Positions 38,927-52,472 of a stretch of DNA of 64,000 bases are shown here, piece by piece. The DNA comes from Eledone cirrhosa (Eukaryota): contig OZ024741.1 in NCBI GenBank assembly GCA_964016885.1, forward strand, positions 96,596,001 through 96,660,000, in the 5' to 3' direction. The notes beneath the pieces are model-generated. The model worked only from the letters and a program-made list of their open reading frames with translations. It was not told where the DNA came from and ran no database searches. Position 1 is the stretch's first letter. Every line of letters begins with the position of its first letter. A program made the position numbers and the translations under genes.

Positions 38927-40715
38927 TTAAAATACAAATATTAATAAAATAGATCTTCTTTTATTATACATATTTCGGAGGGAAAACAGTACGTCCTCAT
39001 CAGACAAAATATAATGATACATGACATACCCTGAGATGTTAAATGGTTAAGATTTAATCATGGTAGTGATTAACCCAAGAGAAAATTCAACATTCATACC
39101 CTAATAATGAGAACATGCGAAAACCTAATAAATTCAAGAGAGAATGTGTGAGTAAGAAAAACGTTAGTTAATGTGATAGCTATAGAGATTTTAAAATGTA
39201 GGATACTACAAGTTATGTTTATCTAGGAAAACATCTCATGAATTATAACAGTCAATGAGGGTCGCTGAAAGGGGATTTAGAGAGAGGGAAAGATAAAGGG
39301 GGGGGGGTACTATATGCAGAAAGAGATTTTTTCAAAAAGCTAAACGGTTAAGTTTCAAAATATTTAATTTATGTTATTTTATCAAGATTTTAGGTTCTTT
39401 TAAAAGTTGCTGGTTATTTATATTTATTAGTTTTTATAAATTCTATAAGTGTGTTAACATTTCTAAACTTCTGAATTTTATGAGAATAATATTTAAAGGA
39501 TTTACCTGGCCAGCGAAAGGAAAATTTACACTGTTGAATATTTTCCTAAATGTAAACTTTAACGAAGATAATCTATAAAAATGTCAACATTTTCGGTATG
39601 TAAAGCTTATGAAGTAGTTATTGTTAGAAATATTTAAATAACGATTATGTATATAGATATATATTAATGAGCCAGTATATTTTAGGTAAATGATATTGAA
39701 TATAAAATAATAGATTGAAGCATGCTAAAGTTAAATAGATGCCTATATATAACAGGGTGTAAATGCATGAATTATTCATAGTTCAAAATAAATAATAATC
39801 TAGAAATTTAGAAGTTATCTAAAAATTATGTATAGAGAGATATAGGGAGGTATATATAGATATATATAAGGTATTAGTGATACAGTATACTTTAGGTAAA
39901 TGATAACGATTATACTCTTATATAATGGATTTCGACGTGTTACAGTTAAATACATACATATATATAAGAAAACCAATAATAAATTCATGGATAATTCAGA
40001 GTTCAAAATAAGGTCTGAAAACCAAGTTTTTAATGGTTTAGTGTTTCTCTCTCTTTTTTTCTAGTTTTGTGGGAGGCTAAGAATGTGGACGTAGCTTTAT
40101 GAAGGCAACTAGAGAATAATTCACTTCTTTTGTTAATTAGGGTTTCATAGTTATTAATAATCAACAGGGTCTTCATTGTACAGAGCGCGCAGTTATTTGA
40201 TATACTAGAGTTGCGGTAAACTCCACAATTCCGAAGTTTTGTCCAAAGAATGGAGTATTTTTAATTCCTCTTTTTTTAATGACCATTTAGGTTTGGACAA
40301 AATCTCTTTCTGCATATATTACCCCCCTTAATCTTTCCCTCTCTCTAAATCCCCTTTCAGCGGCCCTCATTGACTGTTATAATTCATGAGATGTTTTCCT
40401 AGATAAACATAACTTATAGTATCCTACATTTTAAAATCTCTATAGCTATCACATTAACCAACATTTTTCTTACTCACACATTCTCTATTGAATTTATTAC
40501 GTTTTCGCATTTTCTCATTATTAGGGCATAAATGTTTAATTTTCTCTTGGATTAATCACTACCTTGATTAAATCTTAACCATTTAACATCTCAGGGCATG
40601 TCATGTATCATTATATTTTGTCTGATGAGGACGTACTGTTGTACCTCCAAAATATGTATAATAAAATGTAATTGATCAAAAGAAGATCTATTTTATTAAT
40701 ATTTGTATTTTAATA
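38927..40715. mobile_element. Family C element: about 400 bp inverted terminal arms, each with a hammerhead-like core, and about 1 kb AT-rich interior
   Basis: 38927-39330 is the reverse complement of 40300-40715 with scattered mismatches. CTGATGA at 39003-38997 (-) and 40622-40628 (+). Confidence 0.85.
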
Positions 40716-40810
40716 TTAATAACTCTGGAAAATGTTGTCTTGTAGAGTGCTTCCAATCTACTGTAAAACTCATTCTTTGATATACGCATTGAATCTTGTT
40801 TAACTCTTTA

Positions 40811-40862
<52 letters not shown>

Positions 40863-42150
40863 CAGTGTATATGCATATATATATATATATATATGTATCT
40901 ATCAATCTATCGATATTTCATAAAGGAACTCGCATTAAATCGCTGATTCGTAAGTAATATTTAATTCCTTGATAAAATGTTCTCAAACGAATGAAGTAGT
41001 GAAGTACAGGAGGCAAGGTAAAAAGGAACCTGTTGAGAATGATTTTCTGCTTTAGCAAGCATGTTTAAATAATTGTTTACTCACTTACATGAGTTTGAAA
41101 TGGCCAAAATGTCAGCAAGGTAAATTAAGTTCTGCAGAGTTAGATGTTCTATATCAACGAACGAAATATTCCCAAATGAGTTCTTTTTCCTTCAAATCTA
41201 GAAGGCATATTTCAGTATGGCATTGCTTATTAATAAAACAAGGATTAGTTTTCATAAGTTGAATTTGAAGCAAATGTATATTAGGAAAAAAATTAATATT
41301 TAAATCTAAAACAATAAACCTATATGAAGTAAATACTAAAAAAATATTGATTCCAATGCCTTGTTTATCTTCACTTTTTAAACACTATTTTTGATTCGAT
41401 TCCTAACATTCGCATCACTCATTACAAATGTCAATGTTGTCAATTTGAAATTTTATATATTTACAAATCAATAATTGTACATGCATCAGTGGTCAACTGC
41501 ATAAGCATGTTATGTCACTTAATTCAGGTATAAAGTCTGCTATGATAAATCAATATTGTGAACTATTCGCGCCTTCTGGAAAACATGTAAAAACTATCAT
41601 TGACTAAAGCAATGAGAACAAAGTGTAAATGTAAATATTATAAATCGAAAGAAGTATAACTATAGATCATTGCGAAGATCATCCACAAATCACCTCGCAC
41701 GGGTGTTCAACTGATAATATCTTTACACACTTACACCAAACTTGATATCTCCTTACCTTTATCTCCGTGTCCTTTTGTATATATAATGAAAATGTAAAGA
41801 TATTTTCATCTTCTAACATGTATTTTTGAATCAATGAGTGGAAAACATAAGGGAGGAATAAAAATAGTAGAAAAACTTGCTCAAGCACAATTATTAATAT
41901 AAAGATGTCTCTATATATTTATAATCCTAGTATTGATTCGTGGAATTATCTTTAAAAAAATTAACCCCACTTATTCTTGTATCATCAGAGAATTCATAAA
42001 GTATACAAATAAGTATTGTCAATGGAAATACATCCTTATATCACAATAATTACATGGTATCTGAAACATACACAAATAACAACCATTCTAACTGAGAGCT
42101 AAGTTTTAAATGAGACCGGCATCATTTGTATTGCCCAAGTAAAAATAGTA

Positions 42151-42227
<77 letters not shown>

Positions 42228-42266
42228 CCCCCCCCCCCCTCCTCCTCCTCCTCCTCCTCCTCCTCC

Positions 42267-42269
<3 letters not shown>

Positions 42270-42300
<31 letters not shown>

Positions 42301-42765
42301 TTTACGTCCGCTTTTCCCTGCTTGCAAGGGTGGCATGGGTCCTATTCAGCATCTCTCCATTCGTCACAGTCCTTCGTCATCTCCTCCGTGAGCTTCAGCG
42401 ATTTGAGGTCAGCTCTTACCACCTCCGCCCATGGTTTTCGTGGTCTTACACTACTGCGTCTTCCTTCTACTGTGATTTCTTGGAACTTCTTTATCCAGTG
42501 TCATCCTCCATGCACATCACATTTCCATCCCATCCCAGTCTTCTCTCCTGCACACCACAACATATACCTCTTATACACAGTTTCTCTCTCAACTCATCTA
42601 TGATTGGTCGTTCACGCACATTGACATTGCACATCCAACGGAGCATATCGCTTCATCTATCTCCAGCCGTCGCATATGCTCCGCAGTTGCTGCCCATGTC
42701 TCACTACCACGCAGTATCGTACATCTCACACAAGCATCATATAATCGGCTTTTCGTTCGTATATA
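42270..42765 (-). mobile_element. RTE-clade LINE 3' fragment
   Basis: TKSRLYDACVRCTILRGSETWA..RRLE; (ATG)n tail. Confidence 0.8.
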
Positions 42766-43545
42766 TATATATATACACACATAAATATTCACGGTTAGCT
42801 GTGGGGTCTAGTCTGCATGAAGAACTCAATGTAATCCATATGTTGAAAATGTTGTAGGTTAAAATAAATCCCGGAAAAAAATAAAACACCAAAAGGAAAA
42901 CAGAGTCATGATATAAGTTAAAACAATGAAATAAAAATTCAATTCATTAGAAATATACTTCACTGCTCTACGATCGTTTCTAGGTGATAATAATACACCG
43001 TACGCATATTTCGTTATCGATCTATATAGGTTTAGTTACAAAATATCAAATAAGGAATATATTTACCTACGTGTATATCATCAGCCGTTGTCAAAAGCAA
43101 TGAAAATTTTATTCAAAATCAATAGTCAATTGAGTTCTATGACCTTATTTGGAGGTAGCTGAAGAACAAACCAATCAAATGGTTTTTTGCCATATGATAT
43201 TAAGATGAAATATAACTCACTTTAGTTGAGGCCATGGCCCTTTGAAAGGAATGGTTGAATGGTGTTCAAAATAGAATTACTATAAAGAACCTATGAAGAA
43301 AAAGGAATTTTTATATTGATAGTGGAATGTAGATGGTGGAGTGAAGTTTTAAAAGGAATGTAAAAGTTAAATGTTGAGTTGTGTTGTATGGAATTTTTAG
43401 GTGAATATAAATAAGTAAATATAAAATATACAAAAATAACTAGGATACATATTGATAGGTAAAGTAATGGTCATAACTAGGAAGGATAGTATATTAAAAG
43501 ATGAAAATTATAAGATAATAAAATATAATAATATAATAATATAAT

Positions 43546-43636
43546 ATAATTGTTTCTATTTAGGCACAAGGCCAGCAATTATCCAGTACATTACTGGTAC
43601 TTTATTTTATCGACCCCGTAAGGATGAAAGGCAAAA
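43546..43636 (-). mobile_element. SINE 3' half
   Basis: Core and tail only. Confidence 0.85.
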
Positions 43637-43748
43637 GTACATATATTCACATACATAGATAGAGTATAATTACATTGATACTCCATTAAAAACATACATA
43701 CGCATATATGGATATAAACATATTCAAATACATACATACGAGCGCACA

Positions 43749-43811
<63 letters not shown>

Positions 43812-43816
<5 letters not shown>

Positions 43817-44879
43817 GACGTAAAATAAGAAAATTATAAAAATTAACTTACTTACTAAAATTTCACTCCAACTAATTAGTTTCTGAAAGGGAATAAACAT
43901 AGTTTCCGAAGAAACGTACGGAGAAGCCTTTCGTCATCAGGGAAGTCTATTCTCAGCTAAGTTTCCAGGCAATGCGGGGACTCAGGAAACTTATACAAAA
44001 ATAATTCAGTGGATGGAAAAAAGCAAAGCGTGGACTAAGTTCCAAGCCATTGAAAAAATCACTGCCTACCGCGTCGCTGGCAAATTCAAAAGAATCAATC
44101 ACGTGACATTGAGGTTAATCAGTGAGGAGTGTTTTGTTAAGAAGACAGCAGCCGAACCGTTACTATGAACTATAGTAGCAGTTTTGGCCAAATTTGGCTC
44201 GACAAAATAATTTGGAGATTATTATAAAGAATTAGTATATCGACTAACATATATATACAGATGCATACATATGCCAGCAAATATATAGGTTTTGTCTTAG
44301 TAACGTTGTGGTTCAATGCATGGGGATGCAGAACAATAATATGAAAGACGTAAAATAAGAAAATTATAAAAATTAACTTACTTACTAAAATTTAACTCCA
44401 ACTAATTAGTTTCTGAAAGGGAATAAACATAGTTTCCGAAGAAATGTACGGAGAAGCCTTTCGTCATCAATGTCACGTGATTGATTCTTTTGAATTTGCC
44501 ACCGACGCAGTAGGCAGTGATTTTTTCAATGGCTTGGAACTTAGTCCACGCTTTGCTTTTTTCCATCCACTGAATTATTTTTGTATAAGTTTCCTGAGTC
44601 CCCGCATTGCCTGGAAACTTAGCTGAGAATAGACTTCCCTAATGACGAAAGGCTTCTCCGTACGTTTCTTCGGAAACTATGTTTATTCCCTTTCAGAAAC
44701 TAATTAGTTGGAGTGAAATTTTCGTAAGTAAGTTAATTTTTATAATTTTCTTATTTTACGTCTTTCATATTATTGTTCTGCATCCCCATGCATTGAACCA
44801 CAAAGTTACTAAGACAAAACCTATATATTTGCTGGCATTTGTATGCATCTGTATATATATGTTAGTCGATATACTAATT

Positions 44880-44885
<6 letters not shown>
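43812..44885. mobile_element. Family G element: tandem plus inverted copies with hammerhead-like cores
   Basis: 43812-43938 is repeated at 44341-44468, and 44467-44885 is an inverted copy. Minus 43940-43895 reads CTGATGA CGAA..TTCG GAAA C TAT GTT; (TA)n flanks. Confidence 0.85.
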
Positions 44886-44954
<69 letters not shown>

Positions 44955-45109
44955 CACTTATACATACGTATACACATATACACACACATACACATATACA
45001 CATATATATATATATACATATATATATTCTCTTATCATACATAGATACCTGTATACCCGTGCAATTACAGGTTGTTATGTACCTTGATGCCCTTAGTCAG
45101 TAACGCATG

Positions 45110-47200
45110 AATCTATGGAAGCTAAAAATTAAAAGGTTAAAAAATAAAAAAAATAAACAGGAAGGCGTATATAGGGGAAGGGGATACTAACAAATGGTAC
45201 GTCACATAGAATCATAGTGAATTGCTAGTTAGAATATTTAATTAGGTTTATAGTATTTAAATGTTTTTCTTATACGGTGATAACAAGCTATAATCAGTTC
45301 CTGTTTTTTATTCAATAAATCGTCCTTAGATTTAATAATTTCCAAGATCTCCCCGGAGCATAATCTGCATTCTCTCCTGTTCCCAAGGTATGGAGTTCTT
45401 TGCAGAATGGTATCCCACGATAGCTTAAAGTCTATCTTTTTCTTTTTATAGTTATTTACTGCTTCAGCTAAAGATGTGGTATTAGCTAGTTTAGTATTGT
45501 TAAAGCTACTGGAGTGTGCGTAATATTTTTTTCTTAAATGTGTTCGATGTAGATCCTATATATGATTTGTTGGAGTCAGTAGTAGACACAATGCATTTAT
45601 ATATTACATTATTAATCAAACAGTTGCCATTTAAGGGGCAAACGCTTCTATTTCTGCAATTACAACCATACGTAAGATGGTTGTTGGGGGTACCTACATA
45701 ATTCTCATTAATCCTTGAGCTGTTCTTATTGTAATTAATGTTAGAGAGCGAATGAGTGCTGCTTTGTGGGTGATTTAGTGCTGGGGTTGTATTGTGATTT
45801 TGTGTTATGTTGTTTTTGTGTTGTTGATTTGGGTGGTTGTGTTTTCCAGGTTGAAGGATTGTATTATTTGTCCTTTTAAAAGGTGCAGTCTTATTTAAAT
45901 TATGTTGTGGTGGTGTGATCATATTATTTTTAAATTTATAAATGTTGTAGTTGCACATTTTTTGTTGGAGATTGTTTGATGTAGAGTATGAGAATTTAAC
46001 AGTATACCTGTTAAATATTTGGTGGTATCTGTAGTTTGGTGGAAAATGTTTCTGTAGAATTTCGAAGAATTTTTGGGGGATTTGTCCAATAATTTGGAGG
46101 TTGAAGGGTGCGTTGTACCATGTTATGTTTCTTTTGCGGGTTTTAGTTAAGTTCTTATTTCCACTTATATAAATGTGCTGTGTTCTAGAAGAGTTCTTAT
46201 GGTTAGTACTTGTATTTGTGGAATTTGGTAAATTGCAGTGGTTGTATTTGGTGTTATTATTGGGTAGATTATGAGAGGTTGAATGTTTGGTAGTCATATG
46301 TGAGTTGTTAACATTGGTCATAGATCGTGTAGTAATAGTTGTTGTGGTTTTTCGGTTGTTTAGTGTGATAGAAATGACCCCATTAGGCATTTGTTTTTTG
46401 GTGTTTGTAGTTTTTGCTAGGTTTTGTAGTATGGTCCATAGTAGTGTTGGGGATATATGAAATTTTTTCTTTATATCCACTTCTAGTTAGGGCTTCGTTG
46501 TAGAAGGGTGCATTTTTATAAAATATATCTTCAATGGAAGATAATTTAGAAAGTCTAAGAGATATGTTATAAACTAAGTTGTTGAGTATAGAGCCAGGGT
46601 GGTTAGAGCGTGAATGTACATAGTATATATTCTGGTTGGGTTTGTGGTAAGGTTGATAAATATTCGTAGAGAGGTCTAAGGTAACGCCAAGGAATTAGCT
46701 ACTTTTGAGGTGTTTTCAAAGGTGATGTTAAGGTTGTAATAGTCCTTGAGGAATTTTGTAATTTGTTTTTTTGTTTTTCTCTATATTAAGATTGCTAATA
46801 AAGACCACCTTTAAGGTGGGGAAAAGAGGAATGAATATTATAGAGGAGAAATAGTCCAATGAGGTCCGTAACTTGACCAGAGTCCATGGATCCCATCGTT
46901 ATATCGAATAAGTTGTTATATGTTTATTATTTTTATTCAAGTATATATTTGTATAATATGGCTTCTGAACAATACATTGAAAAAATATTTACGTATAATA
47001 AAAGTTAAGAAAAATAATTGGTAGATAATCAGGAATCCACTTAGACAAACTGGTGTGAGATTGATGGAGGGAATAGTAATAATCGAAGGTATTCAAGATT
47101 TCAATCAATTATCCGATTTTAATACTTATTAGCATTGCATGCTTCCGTTGTTTGAGTGATAAACAAACTTTACAATTTCGAAGATGCTCTTAAAATATCT
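45110..47200 (-). pseudogene. Second, decayed Naiad-type PLE (RT remnant and GIY-YIG)
   Basis: RKRNITWYNAPF, IFNRYTVKFSYST, CNCRNRSVCPLNGNCL..VIYKC..YIGSTSNTFK in ORF 45506..46480; upstream FLGVTLDL and MGSMDS remnants. Confidence 0.85.
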
Positions 47201-47512
47201 ATTAAAAGATATGTTCGTTTGTGTTATTGACAGTAATATAGAGGATCTATTTCGCTCGTTCGTCCGCCCCCTCTCTCTCTTCACACAACACACACGCATG
47301 CACACATATATATTTACAGATATATATGCGCAAACACATAAATAACGATATATATGTAAATATATATATATATTGGATATTGACAAAATTACATTAGAGC
47401 TTTAAATATTTGCATGCTATGTACAGTTGTATTATCAACTAATATGATTTACCTTATATATATATACACACACACACGCACATATATATATAAATGTATG
47501 TGTGTGTGTGTT

Positions 47513-47585
<73 letters not shown>

Positions 47586-47764
47586 GTGTACATGTGAGTA
47601 TGTGTGATTGTATATGCATAGAGATTTACATATATAACTGTATACAATATATTGCAAACTTTAATATATTAAAATAACAAATATATAGATTTTCAGCGAC
47701 AAGATCGTGTTTCTGCAAGTCAACTAAATGTTCTGAAATGTGGTCATTAAATTAATATGCCAAA

Positions 47765-47930
47765 GAGTTACGGCCATTTACAAGCTATGTTCAAATCCTG
47801 CAAAGTTTAGTTTTGTCATTGATCCTTACCGGGTCGATAAAATGAAGTACCAGTAATGCACTATGGTCGATTTAATCGACTTTCCAATCCCCAACAATTG
47901 ATGATCCTGTGTGTAAATCAGAAACCAATA
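47765..47930 (+). mobile_element. SINE, diverged, 5'-truncated
   Basis: GTTCAAATCC, GGGTCGATAAAATGAAGTACCAG and GTCGATTTAATCGAC. Confidence 0.8.
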
Positions 47931-47939
47931 TACTGATAT

Positions 47940-48370
47940 TGAATAAAAGAAGTATTATTTATACTCCCGTACATATTTGTATAATATGACTTCTAAAGGA
48001 TACTTCAACATGAATTGTCGTACTGTTTGAATTGAAAATATAAAGATAGAAAAGGTTTACGCATACTGCGATACATTGAGCCAGACTGTTTTGGAAACAA
48101 TACTAATCGTAGTTATTCGACAACATTTCATTTCTACCATTCTATTTTAACTCCCATTATTATCCAATACGTCGTTTATTTGAATGATAAACAACCCTTT
48201 TTCTTTACGGAATTACACGATGTTACTTTTTACATTGACATTATTTTGCTGTTGTTTTATTGTCAGTACTTGAGGAGGACTAACAATTAACTACTTCGTG
48301 TTTGACATTTTAAAAGATTTAGTAAACGTGAATAGTACTATTCTCGTATTCGTGTAGGTTAATCGTAGTA
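47940..48370 (-). pseudogene. Third Naiad-like RT remnant
   Basis: Patchy nucleotide similarity to 46925-47170, for example ATATTTGTATAATATG.CTTCT and TGA.TGATAAACAA. Confidence 0.4.
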
Positions 48371-48555
48371 ATAATTTACAACAAAGTAACATAGTTGAGT
48401 AACATGCATGAATACTCTCCGATACATTCTGTTAGATGTGACATATGTCCGAAATATTTTATGGCAGATGGGACATATTCATCCAAGGAATTGTATGTGT
48501 GTACATGAACATAAGGGATAGCTGTGCTCTGCTGGGATCGATAGAATTGCCTAGA

Positions 48556-48576
48556 TATATACGTACCCAAGTATGT

Positions 48577-48646
<70 letters not shown>

Positions 48647-48661
48647 AACATACTTGGGTAC

Positions 48662-48668
<7 letters not shown>
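48556..48668. repeat. Short fold-back around (TA)n
   Basis: TATACGTACCCAAGTATGTT ... AACATACTTGGGTACGTATA. Confidence 0.9.
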
Positions 48669-48701
<33 letters not shown>

Positions 48702-48737
48702 TGTGTTTGTGTGTGTTTGTGTGTGTGTGCGTGTGAG

Positions 48738-48814
48738 TGTATGTGTGTGCGTGCACACGTCTGTATGTGTGTGCGTGCACACGTCTGTATGTGTGTGCGT
48801 GCACACCTCTGTAT
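48738..48814. repeat. 24-bp minisatellite, three units
   Basis: GTATGTGTGTGCGTGCACACGTCT repeated. Confidence 0.85.
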
Positions 48815-51384
48815 GACTGTTTATTATTTACTGTGTAGATATACGATTAACTTGTGGAAAAAACAAATCTACTATTTGTCATATATCAATGAATGTCGTT
48901 ATTATATGAATTAAATGAACTGAACACATCGGGGACATATATCCCATGTGTTTTTTTCGGCAGATTATTTTAGCCTATTTTTCTTAGAAATTTGCTGAAG
49001 AACGTATGTCTAGAGATCTCTCATTCTTCTCCCACCCCAATTAACCTCCATTAGAACTAAATAGCATACAAGTGCTGACTGGAGATTGAAAGAAATATAA
49101 CCGATAAAAATCCCCATGACATTGTTGATTGCGTCGATTAATCATCAGCTTAAATCATCCCTATTTATGGGATTACCGTGTAAACAGCAGGATATTTAAC
49201 AGACACATTTAACATAAATAAAGCTGTAATGGTGAATCGGTGTAAGATGTTGTAACAAGGAAGGTCCTATTGAATCAGAGTTATAATAGTGTTAAGCAGA
49301 GGAGTGACCGCGAATAAACGAACTCAGCGAGCATCAGAACGAATAAAAAAGCATTCTATGCAATGCTTCATTGAGCCGGGATGCAGCCCTTCAGTTTCTC
49401 ATATGAATATGTAATGTAGATGTAAACCACGGCTACACGTTAATAATACAAACTCAATACTATTAGGAAATTAACCATTGAAAATTGATCATTCTTATTG
49501 TTTATTAAAGGAGAGTAGATAATAATAAATTTCAGTATTTTCACAGTTCTGTTAAGTGTTATTGGTATGGTTTTAATCACGCATGTATTATACAACTAAG
49601 TTGTCTGTGATCCATCAATAATGGATGCCAGCTTCATAGCCACAATTGAGCAAGAGATGTCTGCCATTTGGCCAGCAAATAGAATCCTTAATAAATTAGA
49701 CAATTGCATTTCCGAGAGCTTTAAATTAACTTCTGAATTCTACAGCTATACATCTCTTACGTGAATTAGTCCTTAATTAAAGTCTTTGTCCTGTCACATT
49801 AACTGTACTGAAAACTATTCAGATATGCTGCCTCTTAGTAACACGCTAACTAATATTGGGTGTTTTCCAATATATGTACGATCCCAAATAAGAATTGTTT
49901 AATTGAAATATTTAGTTATGTCTATCTCTGTTCTGAGTTCGAAATGCAATGAAACTAATTTTACCTATTCTGACTTTGACGTCGATATACAAGTACTAGT
50001 CAAGTATTAGAATCCAACTCTTAATTTCATTTCATTTTGTGACGCTTTTGAAATCTCGTGAACTCTGTGTTGAAGGAATTTACCCCTTTATTTGCACTGC
50101 ATATCAGAAAAATAGATTAAGGCGACGAAATGAAAGCTTGGTTAGAACATCGGGTAGAATACCTTCTTTTCTTTTTTTGGCACTCTGCGTTCTGCATTCA
50201 AATCACGCCGAGGTCAATTTTGCATTAAATAAAGCACCATCACAAAGTAGTGGTCTGACAGAATTGTTAGCGTTTGAGTATCTTTTCAAATTTTTACCTT
50301 CTGAGTTCAAACTTCGTCTCATATAACCCACCACCTTGTGGCAAGAAAGTGGAGTTTTCAGTAATGACGTTAAGGTTCACACGAAGCGACAGAGTGAAGT
50401 AAAACAAAATCAAATATAAAGGATATGGGGACTTGAGGGTTTCATGGAATTTAGAATTGATATCGAATCAATGAACTAATTACAATAAATTATATAAATT
50501 AGCTGTGTGTGCATTTTGTTCAATCTATCGCATCTTTGATATATATTTAGAAGATGAAAACGAGGAGAGATTGGCAGTTACACGCTCTTTGTAACATTAA
50601 ACGAACAACAGAAATGTGTGTAAACTGAATTAAAATGGATTAGTGTGCTTATGTAACCGGATGTTTATATCTAATGAATATAGAATGATTCATTTGATAT
50701 ATAAAGATATCTACACATTTCCAAAGTAAAACAAATTTGTAGAATAGAGATACGTCTATTATATGCTTCTTCCTTTTGTGCTAATAATAACCTATTTGCA
50801 ATTCTTATTGTCAGGAGAGAATAGAAACTCAATATGATATTCTCATGTTTGAAACAATACAATTTCTTTTAATTTTTGCTGTTCCCGAAACATGTGCTAC
50901 TTGCTATGTAATCTAACGACAAATTATTACATCTAGATTCGACGCTGGATATCAAAAGATACCTATGTAGAATAGAAATAGAAACGTTATTAAATTGTTC
51001 CTTCCTATTTATAATTACTTAGAATATTCGTAACACCCTTTTAATATAAAACATATGCCAGGTGATCAATTCCATGAAATATATATATAATTAATACTGA
51101 AAGATTAATGTTAAATTTCTTGAAATGATGTCTCCCTATATGGAAAGTGACTTATAATTAACACTGGGTCTTGGTTATCTTTCTTAATCTAAAGGGGAAA
51201 ATACAATTAACATAATTTTCTGTACATCATTCAGTACATCACCTATTAATTTGGTTCGACGAATCCATGGCTTTCACCAATTACAGTTTATTTAATTTCT
51301 CATGCGTTCTACTAACTCTGAAACCTTTCCTAAAATAACACTATAACATTTCAGTCGAAAAGAGATAGTCACTCTTTGTTGAAA

Positions 51385-52472
51385 AGAGGTAGTCACGGTT
51401 CTAGGACAGCATTCCTTACCCTATCAGATGTCATCTCGTGTACCACAGGGATTTGATATGATTCCCTTTTGTTTGTTGCATATATTAATGACATACATGC
51501 CAACATAAAGAATGCCACGGTGTTGAAAGATGTAAATGATATCAAGCTGTACCGTGATATAAAATGGATAGATCCTGCAATCAGACATGGACACAATGCA
51601 GCAATGGATTACGGACTGGCAACTGAAGCTGGCTGTGGACAAGTGTACTACCATGCATTTTGGGAGGAAAAACCCAACGGTCTTATACACCCTCCATAAC
51701 ACCGATCTCAAGAAGTCTTCTTGTGAACGTGACCTGGGCATTATTGTCAACAGTGATTTGCGTTGGACAAAGCACATCTTTAAAATTATTAAGAAGACCG
51801 AGTGTGTCTTAGCATCACTCAGTAAGACCTTTGTCAACCGCTCTTCAGCTATGTATGTAAAGCTGCATATAGCTGTGGTGCGTCCACACTTGGGATTTGC
51901 ATCACCAGTGTGGAACCCCTATCTTACTCAGAATATTGATCTCCTGGAAACTGTTCAGAGACGTGCAACCAAATAAATACCCTCCATCAGGCATCTACCA
52001 TTCTCGGAATGCTTTGCTTCCCTGGGCATGCATATATTAAAGCTCTGACATCTGGCAACTGACTTGGTAGACACCCAATTATTAACCATATTTCCAATAA
52101 CAACACTGAACACCTTTTCGAATTCCATATGTCTAACACCGAGGGACCTGCTTACAAAATCAGAAAACAGTACGGCTCCCATGACTTTCGGAAACATTTT
52201 TTCACGCTCAGAAGCATGGAACAAACTGACTGAATCAGTTGTTAGATGGCGGGACACGCATCCTACAAAATTTCCATGCTTCCCGAAATTCGCCAAAACT
52301 ACACCTGATATTCCCCTCCATACACATGCACTCATGTGTGTGAGTGCATCATGACTCATACACTGTTCCCTTTCCTGAAATGTGCACATTAATCTATGTA
52401 CTATACGTGCAACTTTGATGGGTTGTAGCGCACCTGAGCACTGTACACAATAATGTTCATTATTATCATCAT
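51385..52472 (+). mobile_element. CR1-group LINE 3' fragment
   Basis: WQLKLAVDKC..MHFG..ERDLGIIV..VRPHL.FASPVWNP..LETVQRRATK; ends in TTCATTATTATCATCAT. Confidence 0.88.

Noticed and set aside
38927-40715. Cut-and-paste DNA transposon interpretation of the long inverted arms
   Set aside because: No transposase or superfamily-diagnostic termini; hammerhead-like cores with outward-facing 3' ends fit a PLE origin better.
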